From IMG/VR virus record IMGVR_UViG_3300025167_000005: 64,000 bases of DNA. One strand, written 5' to 3'. The stretch is from an uncultured virus (IMG/VR IMGVR_UViG_3300025167_000005). Its lineage: Duplodnaviria > Heunggongvirae > Uroviricota > Caudoviricetes. Positions within the stretch are counted from its first letter, which is position 1, and each line of letters begins with the position of its first letter. Below the pieces are notes generated by a model, which saw only the letters and a list, made by a program, of their open reading frames with translations, was not told the origin of the DNA and did no database searches. Shown here piece by piece: positions 38,891-49,274 of the stretch. The position numbers were made by a program, and so were the translations under genes.

Positions 38891-41033
38891 GCGCTCGCCT
38901 CTGAGAACACGAGTTCCCCACGCTTCTCGTTCCACTCCTCGCATCCGCATACGCGCCGGTGCCAAAGAATGAGGGCGCGGTCGGCCGCAGCGCAGGCGAC
39001 GATGCGGTCAGCGCGAGCGGCAGCGAACGCGGCGGCGGGGACGGCGGCGGCGCGGATGAAGTTGACAGCACGAGCCTTGACCCAAGCACGTACCTCCGGC
39101 TCCTGCGTCTCCTCATCGGAGAGGACGTGGATGAGACGCATGCGGATAGGGGTCTCCTTCGGCCCCTTGAGGCCGGAACGAATGACCCAGACACGCTCCT
39201 CCGCCTCCTCACGCGAGGCGTAGGTGGACAGAAGGGTGCCGTGGTGGCCGTGGAGGACGTAGGTCTTCACACGCTCGCCTCCTGAAACTTTGGGCATCTC
39301 ACCACCGCCACATGTCCGGACCCGGTTCGTGGTCACGCAGACGGTCCGCTGAGACGGTATAGAGGGCAAGTTCCCTGGACAACTCTTGTCGGGCCTGCTC
39401 GACCTCCGCCCTTGGGCCGCGGATACGAATGCGAGCCGTGTAGACCGCCCACCCATTGTAGGATTTGCCCTCGATACGCACTGGCTTCAAGTGGCTGTAT
39501 TGGACGCCCCGAGGCCAGCCCCTGTAATTATCGAGCGTATCATCCACGTTGCGCTTGTCATCCATCGGTCCGACCTCGACAACGACCTCCGCCATGTTTG
39601 CCTTCTTCTCGGCCTTCTGCGCCGCCAGAAGACGGCTCACGCTGATAGACATGACGATGAAGGGACGCACCGGGTCGTCGTCCTTGAGGGCGCACTCGTC
39701 AAGGCCAGCCTTCACCAAAGCGTCTGAGATGGTGCCCACGGTCACCTGCCCCTTGTAGAGTTTGACCTCCAGGAGAGTGCCGTCCTTCAGAGGGTGGGTA
39801 GCCATCTAATCCACCCCGCAGTCCGGGTTGAAGCAGACGTAAGCCGGACTGTCCGTCTCCGGACCGTTCACACCGTCGTTCCCCATGTAGTCCATAGACT
39901 TGCCACAGACCGGGCACTTCACCGGACCACCTTCCGCGGCGTTGGCGTCGTGCACTTGCCGATGAACACACCGGCGACGTGGGTCCACCGGCCAAGAGCC
40001 TCGTTGTACCGGATGACCTGGCGGCAGTACCGACATCTCACCGGGCCCAACGTGGCCATCTCGCGGCGGAAGCGGACGATGTCCTCGGGCGTGTGTTCGA
40101 TGGTCATGCGCTCGCCTCGGAGCGTTGGCACGAGAGACACATCTCTTCAGATGCCCCGTAGGTGTAATCTCTGGTGACACGCCCAGGTATCGTGAGGCCA
40201 CACAGCGTCGTCCATCCGTCCGCAGTGAGGTGCTGCTTACCTTCGCGCACGAGACCACCGTACTTGTCGTATGTCCCCCATCCAATGAGGCGGTTCACGC
40301 GCTCGCCTCCTCCTCGGCCTTGGCGATGGCGACCGCAGCCCACTTGCAGCCGTCTTGGTCCATGTGCCATCGGTCTCCGGCAACATCATGGCGTGAAATC
40401 TTGACACACCCTCCCCCGCCGAAGGGGTTGCCCACTCCGCAGTAATGCTCGTCCGTCGCGGGTCCGAGGTGCCGTACTCTGGATGGCAATCCTCGGAGAC
40501 GCTCCATCTCGGCGGGCGTGTATTCGCTCACGCGCTCGCCCTCCTCGGCCTTAGCGATGGCGGCGCGGAACCGCTCCAGACTCTTACGCGCCTGTCCATT
40601 ACCGAGTTGCGCGGCACGGTTACCAGAGTAGTAATCCACATACTCCTTCATCGCCGCCAGGAGGTCCAAGCGGTCGCGCTCTATCTTCTGTATGCGATGA
40701 TAGAGCTGACCGCCTACGCACGTCTTATTCTCGCAAGGATGAGCCATGCTCGTCGCGGCGGCGATGAGGCGGGCATCGGCCTCTGCCTCGTCGTACTCTC
40801 CTACGACGGCGAGGATGGGCAGCACGGTCCAGCCATCGCTGTCGTCCAGGTGGACCTTCCACGGCCCCGGGGTGTGGCTCACGCGCTCACTCTCTTCTCC
40901 ACGATGATGGCTGCATTCCTCGGAATGTAGCCCTGTCCACTCTTCGTCGCTTGCTCCATCCGCGCTACCTCGGCCTGGGCCATCGAAGCCACCATGACCC
41001 GCGCCCAGAACTCGCTCTTCTCGGCCATGAACA
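38887..41033 (-). other. Array of small hypothetical genes joined by conserved AGGCGAGCGCGTGA junctions
   Basis: Junction copies at 38887, 39267, 40104, 40295, 40528 and 40879. Confidence 0.75.
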
Positions 41034-41282
41034 TACTAAGGCGTCGGACCTTTATATACTTGTCGTCCTGGCAGCATACACACGATGTTGGGGCGGAGCC
41101 TGGTGGAGCCCAAAAAACTGTACTGGTGGGCATTGAGGTTTCTGTATATTGAGTTCTCCATGAGAATGATGGAAAACGGTGACCGATTTCACAAGGTTTT
41201 ATATTCGAGCATGGAACCGTTCGATAAAAACGCGCAATAGCTGAAAAGTCACCAAAAAGACCACCTGGAAGCAAATAGTCAC

Positions 41283-44165
41283 CTAAGACTGCTGACGAAG
41301 GCGAAGACCTTTGTATATCGAATGCCCGGCGAGGGTCCTGAATGAAAATCTCTGTCGTAGTACACGGGAGAACCTGTTCTGGGTCATCGGGATGCGGATG
41401 TTGTTGACTCCGCACCACAACAGGTAGGCATCGTAGAGGTTCCGGATAGGAGTCTCGTATGTGGGGTCTTGCTCTGCAAAGTCTTCAAGGAACTCGTGGA
41501 GGGGGTATTCTTCGTAACGGTATTGCTCGGTCGTCATGACCACTCTGGCCGGAGCAACCATCCCGTCCCGCTGCCACTTCAGGCATCCCTCAACGGCCCA
41601 GTTCAGGATTCCTGGTAGCTCGGGAAGCAGGGCTTTTTCGGCGTAGTCCTTGACCTCTTCCTCGGCGCTGAACCGGTAGGTCCACTCCACCAGATGTACC
41701 CGGTCCCAGATGGCGTTGTCCGCGTCCCGGATGCGAGGCCGGTTGTTCGTGGCCAGCCAGATTTTGAACTGGGGATAGTAGGTGAAGTCCTCGTGGAAGA
41801 GGAACCGGCATCGAATCTGGTCTCCACCGGCGATGCTCTTCACCATGTTCACGTCCAACTCGAAGTCGTTCCCGGACTCGACAGCGACGACCAGGCGTTT
41901 CCCGACGAGAGAGGCCAGGTCGTTCCGGATTTTTCCGTCCATCTTGACTCCGAACGTGTCGAAGCGGACTGTTGTGGCGTACTCACCGAAGAGTGAGAGC
42001 AGCGTGCGATATAGAGTGCTGTTGTGGGTCGGAATCATTGCCCGTGAGCAAAGATAGGTACTGGAGGGAGAGTTGACTTGGATACAGCGAACTGGCACGC
42101 TCGGGACCAGTTCGCAGGCTATGATTTTTCTGTTCAGTGGCCTTGTCCTGGGGCGACAGATAGAAATCTTTCGTTGAAGACGGAACACGGTAAGTTCCTC
42201 TGTAGTGGTGAAAAGAACCCTATACTTGGGTCCGATTACCCTTCCATAGATGGTTGCCGTTCCTACGTTCAGCGTTGGCCTGAGACCAAGACTTCTGATA
42301 AGTTCAAGAACGCCGCTGGCGATTTGCTCGTTTGTCGATGTGAACTCGCATTGTGCCTGGCGTCTGAGGGTGGAGCCGTCTGTGTCCATCAATCCCTGAA
42401 GCAAGGCCAGCCGTTGTGCAGGCGAAGCACGCAGGTATTTTTCCGGGATGTGCTTGTTGTTGAGAACTCCGAGCGCGCGTAGTCTCTGTCTGAATGAGTC
42501 GGTCCACCTGCTTGCGTGTTCTGGTGTTAGTGAGATTGTAACGCTCCACGCAGAACCGGCTCTCCGTGCCTTGGTATAATAACCGGCGCTTTCTATCTGT
42601 TTTATGAAGTGTTCTACATCTTTCGTTCCGCAGGTCATGCGAGACCCGGAAGAGTCTCCGTCACCAATCCAAGCTCCGAGGACATAAGGGTCGATTGGGA
42701 GTGGAACGTTGGGCAACTCAAGAGGTTTCGCCATCTGTACAGAAAATTGATAGCAACGTGTTGCCGGGTTCCTTCTTTGTTTGAACACGTTTCCTGCTAT
42801 CTCCTCTGTCGTCACCCGTTCGGGCTCACCGAGGACCTTTTTGGCAACCCACTCGTGCTCTCCGTCGGCAATCACGGTTTCTCCATCTGAAAATGTGACT
42901 CTGTAACACGGTCTATCTTGCCACACCTCAGACAGCCCAACAACTTCGCATATACGACCTTTTGCATCGAACACCTTGCTTCCTATCTCCAGTTTTCCTT
43001 GCACAGTCCAGCCGGTGGGCGTAGGTATGGGGGTATCCAGGGCCAGAGCTTTTCCGTTTCTTGCAAGTTGCCCCCAGTCGATACGTAGCTTTCGTTCTCC
43101 GGTCAGCCCGGTAAGCGAGTATCCGACGAACCTCTGAAGGTGCTCGCGGAGATTCTCGTCAGGAAGTACCTTTTCCAGGAAGGCGAGGAAGTTGGGGCAA
43201 TGAGCTTCTGGGTCGTAGACTAATGGAGACAAGAGCATGTTGAGGTCCTCTTTACGGCTTGGAACTAACTTCCCAGTGCGCAGGTCGATAACTCCGTTTG
43301 ACACGTTGAACAACCAGGGGTCCTTGTTCAGGTTGTCAGGTTCAACGCAGTGTGTCCTGGCCAGCTCGACCATGGCGTCCAGGCGGGTCTTGGATTCACT
43401 CCGGATAGCGAACTTGTGGATGTTCTTTCGTTCGTCCTTATCTTCTATCCCCTCGGCCTCGCGTGGGATGAGTCGCACCGTAGACCTGGCCATGAAGGCA
43501 ATATGGGCTCCGTCGTCGAGCCTCCATCTCTGGCCATCCCAGACCATCCACTTGCCCCACTTGTACACATACCAGGCGTATTCACCAAATCGGGTGATAA
43601 GCCGTTCCATGTTTCCGAGGTCTGTAAATGGATGAGACTCGATGTCTTTCTGCATTGATTCGGTAAGCTCCCGGACGTAGGACATGGACTCCGGACTTGC
43701 CGGTGGAGCAACTGGTGCCTTCCTACCAGGTTCTTCTGGTATGGAAACAGTTTCGGCCATCCCCAAGTCTTTCAACTCCTCCAAGATTCTCACCGGCTCC
43801 TCGTCCTCTTGCGCGATGAGGGCGATAGCCTTGGTGATAGTCGGGACATAGTAGGTTGCCGTCCGGGTTCGCTTCGGGTCATCGGCTGGGCGGATGACCA
43901 CCTTCTGGAGCAGGGTGTAGATTTCATCCCGGGTCCATCCCTGCCGTGCCGCGTGCATGGCGAGAGCGAATTCGGCAGCGCTCTGGTCCTCGTTGAAGTG
44001 GGCCCGGGAGTCCTCATCCCATCTGGCGATGGAGGACATGACTCCGGTGAGCGGGAACCTTCCAGAGATGTCTACGACCTTGAGTTCTGCGGTCGAAGCC
44101 TCAGGCCTGGTGACACCAGGGAGAGAATCAGTGAACGCAGCGATAGCGGCGAGGTTGGCGTTCAT
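41283..44165 (-). CDS. D5/P4-type SF3 helicase with N-terminal primase-accessory-like domain and intein
   Basis: DQSAAEFALA, TDLGNMERL, WMVWDGQRW, NVSNGVIDLRTG, Walker A ARNGK|ST, LVGKRLVVAVES, IWLATNNRP. Confidence 0.9.
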   Translation of the reverse strand: MNANLAAIAAFTDSLPGVTRPEASTAELKVVDISGRFPLTGVMSSIARWDEDSRAHFNEDQSAAEFALAMHAARQGWTRDEIYTLLQKVVIRPADDPKRTRTATYYVPTITKAIALIAQEDEEPVRILEELKDLGMAETVSIPEEPGRKAPVAPPASPESMSYVRELTESMQKDIESHPFTDLGNMERLITRFGEYAWYVYKWGKWMVWDGQRWRLDDGAHIAFMARSTVRLIPREAEGIEDKDERKNIHKFAIRSESKTRLDAMVELARTHCVEPDNLNKDPWLFNVSNGVIDLRTGKLVPSRKEDLNMLLSPLVYDPEAHCPNFLAFLEKVLPDENLREHLQRFVGYSLTGLTGERKLRIDWGQLARNGKALALDTPIPTPTGWTVQGKLEIGSKVFDAKGRICEVVGLSEVWQDRPCYRVTFSDGETVIADGEHEWVAKKVLGEPERVTTEEIAGNVFKQRRNPATRCYQFSVQMAKPLELPNVPLPIDPYVLGAWIGDGDSSGSRMTCGTKDVEHFIKQIESAGYYTKARRAGSAWSVTISLTPEHASRWTDSFRQRLRALGVLNNKHIPEKYLRASPAQRLALLQGLMDTDGSTLRRQAQCEFTSTNEQIASGVLELIRSLGLRPTLNVGTATIYGRVIGPKYRVLFTTTEELTVFRLQRKISICRPRTRPLNRKIIACELVPSVPVRCIQVNSPSSTYLCSRAMIPTHNSTLYRTLLSLFGEYATTVRFDTFGVKMDGKIRNDLASLVGKRLVVAVESGNDFELDVNMVKSIAGGDQIRCRFLFHEDFTYYPQFKIWLATNNRPRIRDADNAIWDRVHLVEWTYRFSAEEEVKDYAEKALLPELPGILNWAVEGCLKWQRDGMVAPARVVMTTEQYRYEEYPLHEFLEDFAEQDPTYETPIRNLYDAYLLWCGVNNIRIPMTQNRFSRVLRQRFSFRTLAGHSIYKGLRLRQQS
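42021..43049 (-). mobile_element. Class-3-like intein (343 aa, Ala1) with LAGLIDADG endonuclease
   Basis: Starts ALALDTPIPTPTGW; DGEHEW, VRCIQV and IPTHN|S give the W-C-T triplet; LGAWIGDG and LLQGLMDTDG. Confidence 0.92.
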
Positions 44166-44837
44166 GGCTTTTTCCTCTTGCGGGTCTGTGCCATCCAGGT
44201 CACCAGTTCTCTCATCGTCTTTGGGTCTGTAATCCCTTGGCGGTCCTTCCTGGATATGTAACCGGGTAGATGACCCGTGGACCTGCGGTATTGCTCATGG
44301 ACTTCCTGGCACAACACGCGCGTAGAGTCTTGACTTATCACCATCTTGCCAACCGTTATGAAGCAATGGTTGTCGTTGCAGCGAAGCAATGCGCTCCAAA
44401 GCATGTCTCGGGCCTGCATGACAGAAATTGGATGGGCCAGGTGGAAGACGCATCGGACACTGTGGAACAGCAGGAAGTATTCACCGGCTTTCCGCATCGG
44501 CCAATCTGGCATCTTAAATGTGCTGTTGGTGCTCATGGAGTCCTTCCAAGGAGCCGGAGCCCGGTCTCGTTGATTCGGTAGCGTTCCAATCGCCCGACTT
44601 CTGAATACGGCTCAAGACGGATTGCCATGAGGTGGAGCAAGCTATAGACCATCGCAACAGATGAGCGCTCCAGGCCGAGCCAGACTTCTCCTCTTTCCAT
44701 CACCAGCTCGCCTTCATCATCGTTCCTGTAGTCGGCCATCTGGATTAGAATCTCTTTCTGTCGCCGCGACAACGCCTTCGAGAGAACCTGCAACTGTTCC
44801 TGGGTCCATCCTTTCGGTCCGGGAAGCATTGCAGGTC

Positions 44838-45143
44838 TCACAGCGTCACCTTCCTGAACTTGTGGAACCAGACGCCGTCCTCCCCCTGAAATCCTCGTAT
44901 GGGGTGAAGTGCGTTCCAGACCTGGATGAAGGCTTCTGGAGAATCAACACCCTCTTCAAGGCAGTGCTCGTCGGCCACTTCGACCAGCATCAGCCTGGCT
45001 ACCTCGGTGACCTCGAAGGTCTCTCCGAACGCAACAAACGTGTCTCCCGGGTTGGCCATCCTCTTGGTCCGCGTTGTCGCCGTCTTCGGTCCGTTCTTCA
45101 TCACGTACTCGAAGATGGATAGAAAGGGGATGGAGACTCTCAG
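44838..45143 (-). CDS. ASCH/PUA-like domain protein (probable CTG start)
   Basis: IPF...GPKTATTR..PGD..EHCLEEG..F...W pattern. Confidence 0.7.
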   Translation of the reverse strand: MRVSIPFLSIFEYVMKNGPKTATTRTKRMANPGDTFVAFGETFEVTEVARLMLVEVADEHCLEEGVDSPEAFIQVWNALHPIRGFQGEDGVWFHKFRKVTL

Positions 45144-45802
45144 GATAGGTCACCCCAGTCCAGGACCCGGACGACGCGGTTGGGCCGGTCTCCAGTGTAG
45201 TTGTCCGTCTTGGTGCGCTTGTTCTTCAGCGTTCCAGGCAGGGCAAACACGCGAGGCAGGTCGAACATGCTGTCCACCTTGACCTCGTCGGAGCTGAACT
45301 TCTCCTGGAGGTGCCTGGTGAGCCGTGTAAACCGCTGGTTCCATATAACCCTCGCAGCGTCGTCGAGGATGACCGGGGGGCGAAGCACGGATACGACCTG
45401 GTAGCCGTTTCCCGAGTCCACGAGCATGGGCCTGCCAAGACCATTCTCCCTGAAGAACGCGATGATGCGGAGCGCCGTTGCCAGGATGGGGCCTCGTTCT
45501 GCTTCCGTGGTCGGGCGAATGGGACTCTTGGCATCGAGGTCGATGGGAAATCCCCAGAGGACGGCCACGTCTTTTCCCGTGCCCCGGCTTGGTACGCGCT
45601 TGTCGAGAGGATGCATGACGTTGACTCCATAGTAGAGCTTCCAGCCCTTCTTATTGTACTCCCGGGCCCAGGTCACTGCGTCGGGCCAATGTTCCTTGTC
45701 GAACTGGGCAAAGCGCACGCGGTCCTCGTGGGAGATGGCGACCAGGTTTAGCGGGTCGTGGTCGATGCGTTGAACGAACTCCAAGGTTTCCTCGGGAACC
45801 AT
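45140..45802 (-). CDS. Archaeo-eukaryotic primase (RepB-like AEP catalytic domain)
   Basis: LYYGVN, PIDLD, VDSGNGYQ, FDLPRVFALPGTLKNK; RBS ggagg before ATG 45802. Confidence 0.75.
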   Translation of the reverse strand: MVPEETLEFVQRIDHDPLNLVAISHEDRVRFAQFDKEHWPDAVTWAREYNKKGWKLYYGVNVMHPLDKRVPSRGTGKDVAVLWGFPIDLDAKSPIRPTTEAERGPILATALRIIAFFRENGLGRPMLVDSGNGYQVVSVLRPPVILDDAARVIWNQRFTRLTRHLQEKFSSDEVKVDSMFDLPRVFALPGTLKNKRTKTDNYTGDRPNRVVRVLDWGDLS

Positions 45803-46186
45803 TCCTACCTCCGTTTCTTGTCCAGCAGTATTTGAATCTTCTTCGTGGCGTCCCTGGTCTCGTCCGTTGGATAGTCGTCGCAGGGCTCCGCCTGGAGTTC
45901 CTCCACCGTGGGGAGCCGCTCGTGGGCCTTCTGGAACAAGGCTATCCAGAGGCGGACTGTCTTCCTTGGTGACCTGGGTTCGAACCGCTTTTTCATCGCT
46001 TCCACCGCTTCTTCCGACCTCGGTCAAACCAGCACCAGTGGTCTTCTGCGCCGGGGTCATAACAAGGTTCCTCTCCGTGTTCCGGACAGACGTGCCTCTT
46101 GACCTGCGCACCTTGCGTTGGACCTCTTCGAGGGCGAGGACTTCGTCCCGCAACTCGGGGTACTCGTCCAGTCGTCGTTGCCTCAT

Positions 46187-47350
46187 TCACCCCAACACCT
46201 GTTGGATGAGCGAGAGTAACTTTTCTTCGACGGTGTTCTGGGCGTAGACAACGTACAGTTGGGCCGTTTTCCCAGGCTGGGGTCTCATCAACCTCCCAAC
46301 TCTTTGCACATTTTGTCGGTTGGTCCGAGACCCGGCCGTGATGATGCCGTAAGCGACCTCTGGCGCGTCGAGGCCTTCCTCGCCGACCTTGGCCACAAGG
46401 AGATGGTAGAAGTCCTTCCCCCACCTGGCCAGGAGGTTCTTCCGGACTTCTTTCGGGGTTTCTCCGGACAGGATAGGAGCATCCATCCCATGGCTTTCCA
46501 TCATGGACTGGAGCACCTGAAGGGCAACGATACGTTCGTTCCAGATGAAGACGCGGGCAGTGTCTCCGGCCTCCTTGCGGATGTCTTCCAGGATGCCGAG
46601 CACGGCACCGACCTTGTGGACCGCCGTGGCTACGATGAACCTGCGTTGTGCGATGAACGCCTTGAGTTCTGCGGCGTCCCGGTTCTTCATCTGCATGGCC
46701 TTGGCCAGGGGGACTCCCAGCCGCTTGAACCGGACCGCGATGCTGTGGGTCAGGTCTGCATAGCGTTCGGCTTCATCCGGGGCCAGGGAGACAGGGACTG
46801 GACGCACTTCGACGGGGGCCGCGAACCCTTTCTGTCGTCCTTCTGCGAAATCCATCGTGGCGAGCACGGGGAGGACTCGAAGCAGGATGTGATTGGGGTT
46901 TGTTGGCGGAGTGCTGGTCAACCCGAGCGCGTACTTTGCCTTGAAAGCGGGGACGAGCAGGCGCTGGTAGACGCGACCCTCGGCAAGGTGATGGACCTCG
47001 TCGAAGACGAGGATGGAGAAGCCAGCCCAGAAGCGGTCGTTGAAAGCGAGCTTGCAGGCCCTGGCGTAGGTGATGACCGTGGTGCTGTGGACATTCTGCT
47101 TCTCCAGTTCATCGTTCCACTGGTCGAGGAGGACCAGGGTCGGTACGATGACGAGTGCCAGGACGGACTTTCCAGATGGAGGGCCAAGAGAGGGCTTACC
47201 GGTATCGGGCCCTTCCCGGCGAAAGACTTCGTTGATGGCGGAGCACGCGATGACCGTCTTCCCCGAGCCGGGATGCGTGGCCACAATGCCTTTCCTGACC
47301 TTCAGGAACCGGTTTACGGCGTCCTGTTGGTAGTCACGGAGTTCGACCAT
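46187..47350 (-). CDS. SF2 helicase (XPB/Rad25-like)
   Basis: LRDYQ, HPGSGKT, DEVHH, GLTSTP, EGLDAP, QRVGRLMR. Confidence 0.9.
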   Translation of the reverse strand: MVELRDYQQDAVNRFLKVRKGIVATHPGSGKTVIACSAINEVFRREGPDTGKPSLGPPSGKSVLALVIVPTLVLLDQWNDELEKQNVHSTTVITYARACKLAFNDRFWAGFSILVFDEVHHLAEGRVYQRLLVPAFKAKYALGLTSTPPTNPNHILLRVLPVLATMDFAEGRQKGFAAPVEVRPVPVSLAPDEAERYADLTHSIAVRFKRLGVPLAKAMQMKNRDAAELKAFIAQRRFIVATAVHKVGAVLGILEDIRKEAGDTARVFIWNERIVALQVLQSMMESHGMDAPILSGETPKEVRKNLLARWGKDFYHLLVAKVGEEGLDAPEVAYGIITAGSRTNRQNVQRVGRLMRPQPGKTAQLYVVYAQNTVEEKLLSLIQQVLG

Positions 47351-47376
47351 CGTTTGGCTACATAGGGCGAGAGCGA

Positions 47377-47539
47377 TAAAAAGGTTGTGGCATTCCTCCC
47401 CCTTTAAAGATGGGGGCTTCCTCGTAAAAAGGTTGCCTGCCCATCTCGGTCAATAACCGCGAGGCATCACGAGGACAATGCGGATTGCGAGATGGGCCAA
47501 GCAACCATGTTAAAGCAGCGGAGACTTAAAAAGGTTGCC
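47377..47539 (-). promoter_or_regulatory. Three direct copies of CAACCTTTTTA (BRE-TATA-like) upstream of the replication operon
   Basis: taaaaaggttg on + at 47377, 47425 and 47527. Confidence 0.6.
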
Positions 47540-47591
47540 AGGACCGGGGTGTACGGGTCGGTCCTGGTCGGGCGAGGAGGGTGGTGCAGCG

Positions 47592-48374
47592 TCACCTGGA
47601 CTTGGGGAAGTCTGCAAAGGGCCCGAGAACGACGGCCTGGTGGAAGTCGTTGTCCTTGTACTGGGTCTCCTTCAAGCCGACAAACTTGACGAAGTACACG
47701 AGTCCCTCGACGAGCTTCACGTTGCGTTCCTGGGCGCGTCGGATAGCCCAGCCCGGAAGCTTCAGGTCTTCCGTCTTCACCGGACCGAGCTTCTTGTCCT
47801 CGGAGTAGGTAGCCCACTCCTTGGCAATGACGAGGGGAGTGGCGTAGACGCCCTTGTGGACGCGCTTCAGGCGTACCATAATGGCGTCTCCAACCTCGGG
47901 ATTCCAGGCGTCGGCGGCCTCGAACGTGGTCGCCTCCTTCGTGGCAGCGGGCAGAAGGCTCTCCAGCTCCTGGAGCGTCAGGGGCTGCGGTCCCTCGGGC
48001 TCGTCTTCGTCATCTGGCTCGGGAGTAGGCGTTTGTTCGGCCGCCTTCGCTTTGGCCAGAAGAGCTTCCAAGGTCTTTGTATCCTCTGGGGTCAGGCTTG
48101 GATTGGACTTCCTGGCAGGGGGTGTCTTGACCATGGGTTTGTCACCTCCTGCCTTGGCGGGCGGATTCTTCTTGGAGTTGGCTTTTGCAGTGCGCACGAT
48201 TTGGTCCAGGACGTTTTCCAGCACGACGGGCGCCGTGCCGTGCATGCTGAGAGCTGTCAACAGCATCTTGCCGTCAGGGTTCACAACCTGAATGGCCTCG
48301 GTCTGCTCTTTGGACAGCTCGACTCCAAGGCTGACCGCCTCGGAAAGAAACTTGGCAAGGGCGTCATCGACCAT
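47592..48374 (-). CDS. Possible ssDNA-binding (OB-fold) protein with N-terminal extension
   Basis: AWNPEVGDAI...VKFVGLKET beta pattern; lies next to replication genes. Confidence 0.45.
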   Translation of the reverse strand: MVDDALAKFLSEAVSLGVELSKEQTEAIQVVNPDGKMLLTALSMHGTAPVVLENVLDQIVRTAKANSKKNPPAKAGGDKPMVKTPPARKSNPSLTPEDTKTLEALLAKAKAAEQTPTPEPDDEDEPEGPQPLTLQELESLLPAATKEATTFEAADAWNPEVGDAIMVRLKRVHKGVYATPLVIAKEWATYSEDKKLGPVKTEDLKLPGWAIRRAQERNVKLVEGLVYFVKFVGLKETQYKDNDFHQAVVLGPFADFPKSR

Positions 48375-48602
48375 CGGGCTATATTGGGGCTGGAAGCCTA
48401 TAAAGGTTTCCTACGGGGAATCTTCAAATAGTACCGTCTCCTATTTTGAGACGTGACTCTGGGCGAACGGTTCTACCGATGGATGGAGCGTCGCATAGCT
48501 CGGTGCCCGAAGTGCAAGGCAGGACCGGAGAGCGTGTTGCTCTATCCTGATGGAGGAATCAGATGCAAGAAGTGCGGCTTCGACATCAAGGAGCAAGGAT
48601 AG

Positions 48603-49274
48603 TTGGTGGCGCTCAAGGGCCGGGGCGCAGCGGCGACAGCGGAAACGGGTGACCAGAGAACTACGATGAAGGATAGTGCCTCATCGACTACCTCGCGGAA
48701 TCAGCCCGACGCTAATGTCGCCGTCGTGAAGTCCGGTCGTCCCAATTGCGGACTGTGTGGGGGTAGCGGTCGGATTGGGCCTAATACGGATTGCAGTCGC
48801 TGTGAAGGCTCTGGTCAGGAACGGCCAAAGCCCGGCCCTCCCTCGGAGGCGATGCAGCTATGGAAAGACTACAGGGCGGCGCTACTTGACGGGGAGTCCG
48901 TCCGGGAGGCTGGAGGCGCCGAGGTTACAGAGGCTATCCTCGCCCTGGAGGCCGAGAACGCAAGCCTGAGGGATTCGGCATCAGAGGAGGACCGCCTGCT
49001 TCATGCGAACGCGGCCCTCGAAGCCCGCGTGAAGGAGTATGATAGAGACTATGGGAAGCTCGTCACGCTCCACAATGAGTGGAAGGCCCGTGCGGAGAGG
49101 GCGGAGGTGGCGCTACGACACATTATCTCGCTTGAAGGCCAGAGTGAGATTCCAGGACTTGCCCCGGAGTTCTATGGTCATGCCCGAACGATAGCCGAGA
49201 ACGCTCTTGGAGAGAAGTTGGACCTCTCTGTACCACCGCCACACATCCGCCGCGCTGCCCCGGAGAAGTCATGA
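48603..49274 (+). CDS. Mosaic protein (CxxCxGxG zinc motif, KPGP module, coiled coil); start uncertain
   Basis: CGLCGGSG..CSRCEGSG, KPGPPSEAM. Confidence 0.6.
   Translation: MVALKGRGAAATAETGDQRTTMKDSASSTTSRNQPDANVAVVKSGRPNCGLCGGSGRIGPNTDCSRCEGSGQERPKPGPPSEAMQLWKDYRAALLDGESVREAGGAEVTEAILALEAENASLRDSASEEDRLLHANAALEARVKEYDRDYGKLVTLHNEWKARAERAEVALRHIISLEGQSEIPGLAPEFYGHARTIAENALGEKLDLSVPPPHIRRAAPEKS

Noticed and set aside
45803..46186. N-terminal extension of the primase in the 348-aa ORF
   Set aside because: A good RBS and ATG lie at 45802; the upstream region has competing short ORFs that I could not resolve.
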